Assembly (NCBI GenBank): GCA_029974275.1
Contig: JARKSN010000259.1
Coordinates: 1 to 27,682 of the forward strand
Reading direction: 5' to 3'
DNA length: 27,682 nt
Source: Candidatus Hydrogenedentota bacterium
Lineage (GTDB): Bacteria > Hydrogenedentota > Hydrogenedentia > Hydrogenedentales > SLHB01
The notes beneath the pieces are model-generated. The model did no database searches. It worked only from the letters and a program-made list of their open reading frames with translations, and was not told where the DNA came from. The translations under genes and the position numbers were made by a program. The first letter of the stretch is position 1. The number at the start of each line of letters is the position of its first letter. Positions 1 to 8,486 of this stretch are shown here, piece after piece.

Positions 1-716
1 GGCCAGGGACACACAACCTTCGAAGGCTTGTCGCCCAGATAAGTCCAGATATTTCCCGTAGCGGCGACCGGCTTCGGCGATCCCATGACGTAATGGGCCA
101 TTTCCATGATGTGCACGCCGATGTCGATCATCGGGCCGCCGCCCTGCAATTTCTTTTGGCCGAACACGCCCCAATTGGGAATGCCGCGACGCCGCAGCGC
201 CTGGCATTTCACGAACATGATGTCGCCGAATTCTCCGTTGTCGCGCGCCCGTTTGAGAAACTGGGTGTTGGGGTGGTAGCGGTACTGGAACCCGATGACC
301 AGTTTTTTCTTCGCTTTTTTCGCGGCGGCGATCATTTTCTCGCACTCGGCGGGATTCATCGCCATCGGCTTTTCGACGATGACATGGCAGCCAGCGTTGG
401 AGGCGTCGATGGAGGGAGCGGCATGGACGCCGTTCGGCGTGCAGACGCTGACGCCGTCGGGCCGGACCTCCTTCAACATGGTCTTCCAGTCTTTGTAGAG
501 TTTCGTGACGCCCCACCGGTCGCCAAAAACCTTGAGCCGGTCCTTGTCGATGTCAACGCCCGCCACGATCTCCACGTCCGGCATTTTCGCCAGCGCCACG
601 GCATGCGTGTGGCTGATGCCGCCGCATCCGACAAACGCCACGCGAAACTTCCTGCCTTTGTACTCCTTCGCGATTTCTATGGCCAACGAATCCGTGCTAA
701 CGCTTTTCTCCGCCAT
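1..716 (-). CDS. Gfo/Idh/MocA family oxidoreductase (3' end runs off the window)
   Basis: Manual minus-strand translation from ATG at 716 (RBS GAGGGG): MAEKSVS...FRVAFVGCGGIS...VSVCTPNGVH...HVIVEKPMAMN...RRRGIPNWGVF...GGGPMIDIGVH. GxGxIS, EKP and DxGxH motifs are typical of the family. Absent from the ORF track because it has no stop in the window. Confidence 0.93.
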   Translation of the reverse strand, partial: MAEKSVSTDSLAIEIAKEYKGRKFRVAFVGCGGISHTHAVALAKMPDVEIVAGVDIDKDRLKVFGDRWGVTKLYKDWKTMLKEVRPDGVSVCTPNGVHAAPSIDASNAGCHVIVEKPMAMNPAECEKMIAAAKKAKKKLVIGFQYRYHPNTQFLKRARDNGEFGDIMFVKCQALRRRGIPNWGVFGQKKLQGGGPMIDIGVHIMEMAHYVMGSPKPVAATGNIWTYLGDKPSKVVCPW

Positions 717-810
717 ACTGCAATCCCCTCGTCTGTGCCCGTTTCAGGGCGGTTTGATGGACATCCCGCGCCTTTCCCTCGCATGAAAAAGACGCTTCTT
801 CAAAGCGCAT

Positions 811-840
811 ACTCTAGCGCGGCGGCCTGTCGGATGCCAA
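811..840 (-). promoter_or_regulatory. Putative sigma70 promoter of the Gfo/Idh/MocA gene
   Basis: Minus strand TTGGCA-18 bp-TAGAGT, about 95 bp upstream of the start codon. Confidence 0.4.
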
Positions 841-1091
841 TTTTTCTCAGGGGCATCGATTGAAACGCGCCTCCCCCCGGTTTTCGTTTCGCGGCGTGCG
901 CATGCACCACGCCGTTGGCGCCTTTTGTGCCCGGCGGGGACAGAAAAGCAAGCGCCTCGGCAACGAACCGTTATACTAGTTATCTGATTCAAACCCGTAT
1001 AGGCCAGAGCCGACGCCGCAAGGATGCCGTCGCGTTCACGGACGTTCCTAATTACATCTGGCGCTTGGGCAAGGGGCACGCCCTCGACCCG

Positions 1092-1126
1092 AAAAAAAGG
1101 CCCGGCCTTTGTCGGAAGACCGGGCC
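1092..1126 (-). terminator. Rho-independent terminator of the phosphofructokinase gene
   Basis: Minus strand GGCCCGGTCTT-CCGACA-AAGGCCGGGCC followed by T7, about 20 bp after the stop codon. Confidence 0.9.
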
Positions 1127-1147
1127 AAGACCGTCGTGCAGACGGCG

Positions 1148-2365
1148 TTATTTTTTGCTCAACAGCTTCCGGACTTTCGGGGCGGCGATGCGCTCCATGA
1201 TGGGCAGGTTGCCGATCAGGGGGCGCGCATACTTGATGAACGCGTCGGTGACGAAGTTGCCTTCCTTGTTGAGGAACTTGGCCGGCATGCAGGTCGATTC
1301 GCGGGCGACGTCCTTGAGCGCGGCCAGGAAGTATTCGACCGCGTAATCGCCGATGCGGCGGATCGCCACGGAACCGTCCTTGTGGTGCCATAACGCGAAT
1401 TGGGCGGCCTTTTCCCCTACTTCGCGCGCCTCGAATTGGTCGACCTCGCTCACGCAGCCCAGAAAACTACGCTGCAAGTATCCGAAGGTGTCCGCGCGGA
1501 CGCGCTTGATGTCGGTCCCGTTCTTCACCCACGAACTGAGCAGATCGCCAAGGGCCCCGGTGCCGGAAAGCTGCACGTTTCCGTGCGAATCCTTCTCGCC
1601 GCCAGTGAACTGTTCGACAATCGCCCGGCCTTTTGCGTCCACGATGCCCTCGGAAGCCGCCACGATGCAGCGGCCGTACTTGGCATGCGTCTCCTTGACA
1701 TCCTTGAGAAACTGCTCCTTTTTGAAAGGACGTTCCGGCACGTAAATGAGATGAGGGCCGTCGTCCGGATATTTCTTGGCCAACGCGGCGGCAGCCGTCA
1801 AGAAACCTGCATGGCGGCCCATGACGATCGCGATGTAGACGCCCGGCAAGGCGCGGTTGTCGAGATTGGCGCCCGCAAACGCCTGCGCGACGAACTTGGC
1901 TGCCGATCCGTAGCCCGGGCAGTGATCGGTGACTTTCAGGTCGTTGTCGATGGTCTTGGGAATGTGGATGACGCGCAATTCATAGCCCGATTTGTCCGCT
2001 TCCTCGTTGACGATCCGGCACGTATCGGCGCTGTCGTTTCCGCCGATGTAGAAGAAGTACCGCACATCGTGCGCCTGGCACACCTTGAACACTTCGCGGC
2101 AGTATTCCACCGTAGGCTTGTCGCGGGTCGAGCACAACCCCGACGAGGGCGTTTCGGCGACGGCTTCGAGGTTATGCGTCGTAGCTTCCGTGAGGTCGAG
2201 AAAATCCTCGTTGATGACTCCGCGCAAGCCATGCACCGCGCCATACACGCGGGTGACCTGCGGGAACTTGCGCGATTCGAGCACCGCGCCCACCATGCTC
2301 TGATTGATCACCGCAGTGGGGCCGCCCCCTTGCGCCACCAATACTTTTCCTTCCAAGAGGCCCAT
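1148..2365 (-). CDS. pfp: 6-phosphofructokinase, probably pyrophosphate-dependent
   Basis: QGGGPTAVIN, GGNDS, PKTIDND, MGRHAG and GYLQRS motifs. Asp in GGND plus Lys in PKTIDND is the PPi-type signature. RBS AGGAG. Confidence 0.9.
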   Translation of the reverse strand: MGLLEGKVLVAQGGGPTAVINQSMVGAVLESRKFPQVTRVYGAVHGLRGVINEDFLDLTEATTHNLEAVAETPSSGLCSTRDKPTVEYCREVFKVCQAHDVRYFFYIGGNDSADTCRIVNEEADKSGYELRVIHIPKTIDNDLKVTDHCPGYGSAAKFVAQAFAGANLDNRALPGVYIAIVMGRHAGFLTAAAALAKKYPDDGPHLIYVPERPFKKEQFLKDVKETHAKYGRCIVAASEGIVDAKGRAIVEQFTGGEKDSHGNVQLSGTGALGDLLSSWVKNGTDIKRVRADTFGYLQRSFLGCVSEVDQFEAREVGEKAAQFALWHHKDGSVAIRRIGDYAVEYFLAALKDVARESTCMPAKFLNKEGNFVTDAFIKYARPLIGNLPIMERIAAPKVRKLLSKK

Positions 2366-2693
2366 GTCCCATTCTCCTTCTTTGCTGGACGGTTCCTGCC
2401 GTTACGCGCCGGTGCGCTCGCACTCGGTCTGTTGGCTCGGTTCGCTCCCTGCCCTGGCGTGGACGGCGAAGCCAAGCCGCCTCGCCCCTTGCCGCTGCAT
2501 TGCGGCCCGGACAGAAACGGGCGGATTATACACAAACCCGCGCGTCTTTTCAGGCCGCCGATCGGGCGGGTTCGCGGCAATGTCGCCGCGAATCCGGAGC
2601 CCCGGGAATATTTCTCGCTTCCCGTATGTGAACGTAGGAGGCATGGCTGATGGAGCGCCCTCGAAGGGAAGCGACGCCCGAAGGAGGTCTACG

Positions 2694-3611
2694 ATGCGTC
2701 TGCGACATGCGGCGTATCTCATCGCGGGAATGATTGTCTGCGCCGGGGAAGGATGGGCCGATCTCATGAATATGCCCGCGTTGACGCCGGAAGAGGAACG
2801 GGTCATCGTGCACAAGGGCACGGAGCCGCCGTTCAGCGGCGCCTACCTCGACAACAAGGCGGCAGGGCTCTACGTGTGCCGGCGCTGCGGCGCCCCGTTA
2901 TACCGCTCCGAAGCCAAGTTCGATTCCAGGTGCGGATGGCCCAGCTTCGACGACGAACTGCCCGGCGCGATCAAGCGCCTTGCCGATCCCGACGGCGCGC
3001 GCACGGAAATCGAATGCGCGAAATGCGGCGCGCACCTGGGACATGTATTTCTTGGCGAAGGATTCACGCCCAAAAACACGCGTCACTGCGTCAACTCCGT
3101 CTCGATGCATTTTACGCCGGACCCGGCGAGAACCGAAAAGGCCTTCTTCGCGGGCGGATGTTTCTGGGGCGTCGAATACCATTTCCAGCGCGCCGAAGGC
3201 GTCGTGTCGACGCGCGTCGGCTACGCCGGCGGCCACAAAAGCCATCCTGCCTATGAAGACGTTTGCCTCGGCGGCACAGGACACATCGAAACCGTCGAGG
3301 TTGTCTACGATCCGGCGCGCACGAGTTACGAAACCCTGGCCAAGCTGTTCTTTGAAATTCATGATCCAACCCAAACCGGCGGTCAAGGCCCCGACATCGG
3401 CGAGCAATACCAATCCGTGGCGTTCTATCTGAACGACGATCAAAAGGCAATCGCCGAGCGACTGATCGGAATCCTCAAGGGAAAAGGGCATGCCGTGATC
3501 ACGCAGCTGCGCCCCGCAACCGTGTTCTGGCCCGCGGAAGACCTCCACCAACGCTACTACGAAAAGAAAAACGGCGTCCCGTATTGTCATGCGCGCACAA
3601 AACGCTTCTGA
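2694..3611 (+). CDS. msrAB: Bifunctional peptide-methionine sulfoxide reductase, MsrB-MsrA order, with N-terminal signal-like peptide
   Basis: ATG at 2694 after AAGGAGG. MsrB motifs GTEPPF, CRRC, CGWPSF, CAKCGAHLGHVF, RHCVNS. MsrA motifs GCFWGVE, GQGPDIGEQY, AEDLHQRY, PYCH. Confidence 0.95.
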   Translation: MRLRHAAYLIAGMIVCAGEGWADLMNMPALTPEEERVIVHKGTEPPFSGAYLDNKAAGLYVCRRCGAPLYRSEAKFDSRCGWPSFDDELPGAIKRLADPDGARTEIECAKCGAHLGHVFLGEGFTPKNTRHCVNSVSMHFTPDPARTEKAFFAGGCFWGVEYHFQRAEGVVSTRVGYAGGHKSHPAYEDVCLGGTGHIETVEVVYDPARTSYETLAKLFFEIHDPTQTGGQGPDIGEQYQSVAFYLNDDQKAIAERLIGILKGKGHAVITQLRPATVFWPAEDLHQRYYEKKNGVPYCHARTKRF

Positions 3612-3673
3612 GCCGCACGCGACCCGCCCGGCTTTCTGTTCCCGCAGCCAGTCAGCCTCAATTCGGGCGACGC

Positions 3674-3691
3674 CAGGCAATCGCATTAAAA
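3674..3691 (+). mobile_element. Solitary degenerate terminal inverted repeat of the ISAs1-like MITE family
   Basis: CAGGCAATCGCATTAAAA compared with element ends CAGGGCAATCGCATTA (27434) and the reverse complement of the copy-1 right end, CAGGGCCATTGCATTAAAA. No partner end or TSD found. Confidence 0.55.
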
Positions 3692-3704
3692 CCTACATAG
3701 CCAT

Positions 3705-4247
3705 GTGGATTTCCCTCGGGTAGTCGTTGTCCCATTCAGCTTGGATGCGTTTTGCTTTGACGCCAAGGCGAAGCGCCTCGCCGATAAGGGCGATGCGTTT
3801 ACGGCGCGGGCCTTTGGCATCTGCATGCTGGAAACAAATCCGAGCAAACTCTCGACATTCGGCGCGCATCTGAAGCGCAAGTATGACGGTGTGTACACGC
3901 ACCAGAACGTCGCGCAGATCGCGGTGGCCAACCGCTTTGACCCGGGCACGATGCCTGCCTGGGGTCATGCACAGGCGCAAGGCCTAATGCTGGCCTATCC
4001 GGACGGACCCAAGTGGACCCGCAAGGTCAACCTGTTCCAGGATGCGCGCTTCACCACGCGCGACGCAACCTACGTGAACCAGGCGGCCCTGCCGCATCAG
4101 CGCGTGCATGTGGATTTCGATCCGCAGCGATCCGCAGCGCGGGCCACGGGCGGTGAACTCAGCTATTCGTATCAGTACACGAACCATGAATTCCCGTACG
4201 CGTACTGGATGCTGCGTATCTCCGGCGACATTCTTGCCCCGCAATAG
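3705..4247 (+). CDS. Hypothetical protein, possibly a 5'-truncated remnant
   Basis: 180-codon ORF with protein-like composition, followed by a strong terminator. GTG start has no RBS, and the upstream in-frame TAA lies inside the IS-like end. Confidence 0.55.
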   Translation: MDFPRVVVVPFSLDAFCFDAKAKRLADKGDAFTARAFGICMLETNPSKLSTFGAHLKRKYDGVYTHQNVAQIAVANRFDPGTMPAWGHAQAQGLMLAYPDGPKWTRKVNLFQDARFTTRDATYVNQAALPHQRVHVDFDPQRSAARATGGELSYSYQYTNHEFPYAYWMLRISGDILAPQ

Positions 4248-4262
4248 GCCCTCACATCGCAG

Positions 4263-4304
4263 AAGCAGCCCCCGGGTTCCGGCCCGGGGGCTGCTTGTTT
4301 TCTT
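4263..4304 (+). terminator. Rho-independent terminator
   Basis: Perfect 14-bp stem AAGCAGCCCCCGGG-TTCCGG-CCCGGGGGCTGCTT followed by GTTTTCTT, 15 bp after the ORF stop. Confidence 0.85.
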
Positions 4305-4335
4305 ACGCTACCCTCAAGCCGGCCCCGGACGGAAT

Positions 4336-4382
4336 CACGGCCAAGATGGCCGTGCTACGTATCACGGGCATCTCTGCCCGTG
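4336..4382. repeat. Two back-to-back GTAG/GTAT-type REP hairpins
   Basis: 4336-4358 minus strand = GTAG-CACGGCCA-TCT-TGGCCGTG; 4359-4382 plus strand = GTAT-CACGGGCA-TCTC-TGCCCGTG. Both have perfect 8-bp stems. Confidence 0.75.
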
Positions 4383-4704
4383 CGCCGTGGCGTGTAGAGC
4401 TACCGCCCCGCAATCCTATCGCCCGGGTGAAGTCACGGCGCCAGCCCCCCGGCGATCTTCGCTGGGGACAGTCCCTCGTGTGTTCCTCGCATTTAACATG
4501 GTGAGAAAGCGCAGCAAAAGGGGACTGACCCAGCGACGAAGGAGCGGCCGGGTCTGTACCCTTCTTGCGGAGCGGCCTCGGATTTCGTCGGGATTGTTCC
4601 GGTCGTAGCCGATTCTCACGGTGAGGGGTGGTCCTGCCAACGAACGTTCCATCATCTGCGATTAGGGTGCAAGCGCCTGCAGACGTGACGTCGGCTTCCA
4701 GCGG

Positions 4705-4762
4705 CAGAGCATTTGATGTCCGTGCTACGCTGCTCCCTCGCGTAGCACGGCCAATCCTGCGG
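4705..4762. repeat. Two degenerate REP copies of the same class
   Basis: 4705-4728 minus strand GTAGCACGGACATCAAATGCTCTG; plus strand from 4742 GTAGCACGGCCAATCCTG. Confidence 0.55.
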
Positions 4763-4763
4763 G

Positions 4764-5630
4764 CTACCCCAAGCGCGCCTGTATGCGCCGGGCGCCGTAA
4801 TGGAAACCCCACCACGCAAACAGCACAAGGGCGAGGGGCAGAAGCGTGCCCACCTGCGCAGCCACCACAGAGCTCACGGGCGAGAACTGCCTGGAGGGAT
4901 TGAGCAACACTACCATTCCCGCTTTCAGAAACTCGAGCGTGAGATGCAGGAGAAAATACGCCCCGACAGTGTTGATAGACGTGCGCCAACGGCGCGGCGG
5001 CAGGTCGGCCCACCATAGCCACATGAACGGCATCATGAGCCACGAGACAAGCACCAGGAGCTGAGAAAGCAGCCTAGGCAGAAAGGACACCGTCGTGATA
5101 GGCGGGGAGTAGTCCAGCCAACCGTGGTAACTGACCAATGGAAGCGCGATGGCAACGCCGAGCGCCACCCATCGGGTTTTCCCGTGTTCCCACCACATCG
5201 ACTGGCCCCGCCGCTCTTGGCGCCGCCACTGTAGAAGGATCCATACTGCGAACAGCGTCCACAGGATCAGTGAGATCGGCCAAAGGTCCCGGATGGGCAG
5301 TTGCCCGGACGCGAGAGCGCCGGCATGCCACACCAGCGTGAGCACGGCAACCGGAACTAGCCGCACGTAGAAGCGGCTGTGGTCCGCCTGCGCGTGCACC
5401 GACCCCAACCACTCTTTCAACGCCCGCGCATCGCCGAAATGCTCGCGCGTCAACAGAATGGCATCGTCCTCGGTGACGGCCTCTTCCCCTGACAGATAGG
5501 CCAGGGCCTGGTCTTCCAGGTGGCCGAACAATTCCTCCTGGACTTCGGCATCCAATTCATGCGAAGCGCCAATCTTCCTGGCCAGCGCCCGCAATTGCTC
5601 TTCCCCCTTGCTCGTCAGGTGCGCATCCAT
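4764..5630 (-). CDS. PadR-associated membrane protein (permease-prefix-like N-terminal domain)
   Basis: N-terminal EVQEELFGHLED...DAILLTREHFGD helical prefix followed by about 6 hydrophobic segments. Abuts the padR stop codon. Confidence 0.8.
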   Translation of the reverse strand: MDAHLTSKGEEQLRALARKIGASHELDAEVQEELFGHLEDQALAYLSGEEAVTEDDAILLTREHFGDARALKEWLGSVHAQADHSRFYVRLVPVAVLTLVWHAGALASGQLPIRDLWPISLILWTLFAVWILLQWRRQERRGQSMWWEHGKTRWVALGVAIALPLVSYHGWLDYSPPITTVSFLPRLLSQLLVLVSWLMMPFMWLWWADLPPRRWRTSINTVGAYFLLHLTLEFLKAGMVVLLNPSRQFSPVSSVVAAQVGTLLPLALVLFAWWGFHYGARRIQARLG

Positions 5631-5960
5631 TTAACAACCCTCCGCGGACCGCAGCACCATCGCGTGCCACTGGTTCCATTGCGACACGCCTTCGCTCAGC
5701 GTTTCGCGCCCCTTCTTGGTGACGTGGTAATACTTCCGGCGGCGGCCGGTGTCGGCCTGACGCCACTCGGCCTCCACGAGCCCCTCCTGCTCGAGCTTGT
5801 GCAGGATGGGATACAGGGTCCCCTCCTGCCACGTGAACAGCCCGGTGGCCTCCTCGTTCACCTTCTTGAGCAGCCGGTAGCCGTAGGTCGCCTCCCGGGA
5901 GAGAGACGAAAGCACCAGCAGCGCCGTGCTGGCCCCCACCAGCTCCTTGTCGATCTTCAT
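5631..5960 (-). CDS. PadR family transcriptional regulator
   Basis: YGYRLLKKV...EGTLYPILHKLEQEGLVEAEW...RRRKYYHVTKKG winged-helix signature; RBS AAGGAGG. Confidence 0.95.
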   Translation of the reverse strand: MKIDKELVGASTALLVLSSLSREATYGYRLLKKVNEEATGLFTWQEGTLYPILHKLEQEGLVEAEWRQADTGRRRKYYHVTKKGRETLSEGVSQWNQWHAMVLRSAEGC

Positions 5961-5973
5961 GATGCCCCTCCTT

Positions 5974-6021
5974 ACCTTGAACTTCTATGGTTATATTACC
6001 AAGAACTTCTTGGCATGTCAA
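5974..6021 (-). promoter_or_regulatory. sigma70 promoter of the padR operon with a palindromic operator
   Basis: TTGACA (6016-6021)-17 bp-TAATAT (5993-5998). The spacer holds the perfect palindrome CCAAGAA-C-TTCTTGG (5999-6013). An imperfect second copy lies at 5974-5991. Confidence 0.8.
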
Positions 6022-6529
6022 GGGGCGCTTCCCTTCCGTCGGCGGTTGGGTCTTCGTTGCCCTGTCTTGGAAGACATCGATAATCATTTCCAACATTGTC
6101 CGGCTCACCCATTGCCGCGGCGGTGTGAGGCATCTATCCACAGTGCGTTGCGATGATTTTGGGCATCCGAGAGGCTTGCTCGCAGAGGCTGTGCGTTGCA
6201 GGGATCCGCCGGGGACGAACCCAATGCGAACGACAGGAAGTTTTGCAAAGCGTGACGATTTCAATCATCATGGATGCGTGCCCGGTGGATCTTGCAGGTT
6301 CAATGGCGGCAAGGCGCACGATTACATGCGAGACGCGCCTCGTTCCGGAACGCATCAAGGCGATGACGGGGCTGAGGAAAGCCATCTCCCGTCCACCCGA
6401 CGTCGGTTCGATAGACTCCCCTGTCTCAACAACGCGCCACGAGGCAGTGGCTGTGCACCGCAATATGCGCGTGACGAATTCCCGCGAAACGGGAGAGCCG
6501 TCACGGTCACCATGGAGGCGACGGTAAAC

Positions 6530-7333
6530 ATGTCAGATGCATTGCAGACACGGGAAGACGCCTTGCGCGCGTTGTTGCAATCGTACGGTTCGATTGCGGT
6601 GGCGTATTCGGGCGGCGTGGATTCGACGTATCTCGCGGCGACGGCGCATGCCGTGTTGGGGAGCGAAGCCGTGATGGTGATCGCCGATTCGCCCAGCATT
6701 CCGCGCAGCGAAATGGCGGCGGCGATCGAAGTCGCGCATGCGCGCGGGTGGAATCTCGCCATCATCGAGACAGCGGAGTTCGAGCGCGAGGAGTATCTGC
6801 GCAACGACGAAAACCGCTGCTACATCTGCAAATCAGAGCTGTTCGATCGAATGGAACGGTATGCCGCGGAAAAGGGCATCGCCGTGATCGCGTATGGAGC
6901 CATCCTCGATGACCTCGCCGATATGACGCGCGTGGGCCATCTTGCTGCAAAAGAACATCGCGTAACGGCGCCGTTGCAGGAAGCGGGACTGAGCAAGGAC
7001 GACATTCGCGTTCTCAGCAAAAAAATGGGTTTGCCCACCTGGAACAAGGCGTCGTTTGCATGCTTGGCCTCTCGGGTGCCCACGGGCGCGCCTTTATCCG
7101 CGCAAACCTTGTCAAAGGTGGAGCAAGCAGAGGAGAAATTGAAGGCGTTGGGGTTCCGGCAGTACCGCGCGCGACATCACGACGACGTGTGCCGCATCGA
7201 GATCGACCCCGCCGATTTCGTGATGCTGCTCGACGTCGAGCGGCGTGAAGGGCTTGTGCGCGATTTGCGCGCCATCGGGTACAAGCACGTCACGCTCGAT
7301 CTCGCCGGGTATCGCACCGGAAGCACGGCGTAA
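6530..7333 (+). CDS. larE: LarE family ATP-dependent sulfur transferase (NPN cofactor biosynthesis)
   Basis: ATG at 6530 after GGAGG. PP-loop AYSGGVDS, RCYICK, ACLASRVP, RARHH and DLAGYRTGS motifs. Confidence 0.93.
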   Translation: MSDALQTREDALRALLQSYGSIAVAYSGGVDSTYLAATAHAVLGSEAVMVIADSPSIPRSEMAAAIEVAHARGWNLAIIETAEFEREEYLRNDENRCYICKSELFDRMERYAAEKGIAVIAYGAILDDLADMTRVGHLAAKEHRVTAPLQEAGLSKDDIRVLSKKMGLPTWNKASFACLASRVPTGAPLSAQTLSKVEQAEEKLKALGFRQYRARHHDDVCRIEIDPADFVMLLDVERREGLVRDLRAIGYKHVTLDLAGYRTGSTA

Positions 7334-7349
7334 CGCGCGCAACCGAAAG

Positions 7350-7874
7350 TCATCCCCGCGACGCAGTCAGCCAGTGCGTCAACGCCCGTGATCGCACAAC
7401 CAGCGCCACGCCCGCGATCAACGCCAAGATCGACGAAATCGAAGACTGAAAAGGCGCGGACGCGATGAAATCGGCGATGCCCTTTTCCGATCCTATCGTA
7501 AGCGTGACGGCGATAGCGGCAAGGGACGCTATCGCATGCGGCAAGCCGATCGCCAGCAGCGTCAAGCCTGCAATCCGCACGATCAATTCGTACCATTCCG
7601 AGGGCGCGGCGTCTTTGACGGCGATCCCTTCGTTGTCTGTGGCGCCCAGGAGCCGCGCAATGAGCGGCGCTTGCCATACAACCAAAGCGGCTAACGCCAG
7701 GCACGGCACGCCCATCAAGAGAAACGCCTGCGCGTCGGAGATATCCGGCACGCGGAGGGGGGCGCCGGGAACCGGTCGTATGGGAAGAAACAGCACCAGC
7801 ATCTCGAATGGCTTCAACATGAACCACAATCCCATCAGACGAATGATCAGCGTGATCGTGCGTTTCTCGGTCAT
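7350..7874 (-). CDS. Hypothetical integral membrane protein (about 4 TM)
   Basis: 174 aa, four hydrophobic segments, RBS GAGGAG. Confidence 0.75.
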   Translation of the reverse strand: MTEKRTITLIIRLMGLWFMLKPFEMLVLFLPIRPVPGAPLRVPDISDAQAFLLMGVPCLALAALVVWQAPLIARLLGATDNEGIAVKDAAPSEWYELIVRIAGLTLLAIGLPHAIASLAAIAVTLTIGSEKGIADFIASAPFQSSISSILALIAGVALVVRSRALTHWLTASRG

Positions 7875-7889
7875 GTCAAGCGCAACTCC

Positions 7890-8438
7890 TCAAAAAGCCG
7901 ACGGACGATCGGCAATCTCCTTGTTTCTCGCGGGAACCACAAACGACGCTATCGGCCGCGTGAATCCTAGCAGCGCAAATGCCGTGGCAAGCCACGCCAG
8001 GATTTTAAGCCCTTGCACCATCAGGGGCAACGTTGGCGGAGCGGGGACGCCTTGCATGAGAAGCAGCATGCCTGGGATCCGCGTAAAACCCGGCCATGCG
8101 TATTGAAGAAAGATGAACATTCCCAGGGCGCCGAGACAGACGGCGCACGCGTCGGCTTGGGGTGAACGCGTCGATCCGCGCAGCACCAAGCGGGCGATAG
8201 GAGATGAGAGCCCCGCCACGACCGCCAGGAAGACCAATTGAAGCGCCAGGAAGACCAGTCTCCGGGAAAACATCGCGACGCCGATGCCGAATGGAACAGC
8301 CTCTCCTTGGATGTGTGCCGCATGCGCGAAGCTATACATCGACACCAAAACGCTGCACGTCACTCCCAATGCGGTCCAAAAGGCGATCGCCCGGATAGCG
8401 AGCGAAAGCGTGCGCACGTGTTTCATCTTGCTCTCCAT
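7890..8438 (-). CDS. Hypothetical integral membrane protein (about 4 TM)
   Basis: 182 aa or slightly shorter (alternative Met starts), four hydrophobic segments, 15 bp from the next gene. Confidence 0.7.
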   Translation of the reverse strand: MESKMKHVRTLSLAIRAIAFWTALGVTCSVLVSMYSFAHAAHIQGEAVPFGIGVAMFSRRLVFLALQLVFLAVVAGLSSPIARLVLRGSTRSPQADACAVCLGALGMFIFLQYAWPGFTRIPGMLLLMQGVPAPPTLPLMVQGLKILAWLATAFALLGFTRPIASFVVPARNKEIADRPSAF

Positions 8439-8486
8439 CCGATTCGCGCAGGCGCATGATCCGTGCGACGCGATCGGTTCCAGGCG

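Noticed and set aside
864..1090. Intergenic stretch with the AT-rich GTTATACTAGTTATC
   Set aside because: Only a 6-bp palindrome; no second copy, recognisable RNA structure or convincing ORF.
2304..2693. N-terminal extension of the MsrB-MsrA ORF
   Set aside because: It overlaps the divergent phosphofructokinase start and promoter region; the strong RBS lies before ATG 2694.
4664..4679. GGGTGCAAGCGCCTG as a possible partner end for the lone inverted repeat at 3674
   Set aside because: The match is weak and there is no flanking target-site duplication.
4303..5043. 246-aa minus-strand ORF
   Set aside because: It overlaps the membrane gene in another frame and runs through REP hairpins, with no protein-like character.
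5987..6529. N-terminal extension of the LarE ORF and the ~500-bp gap before larE
   Set aside because: The extension is not protein-like and an RBS supports ATG 6530. I could not identify an RNA gene, repeat or gene remnant in the gap.
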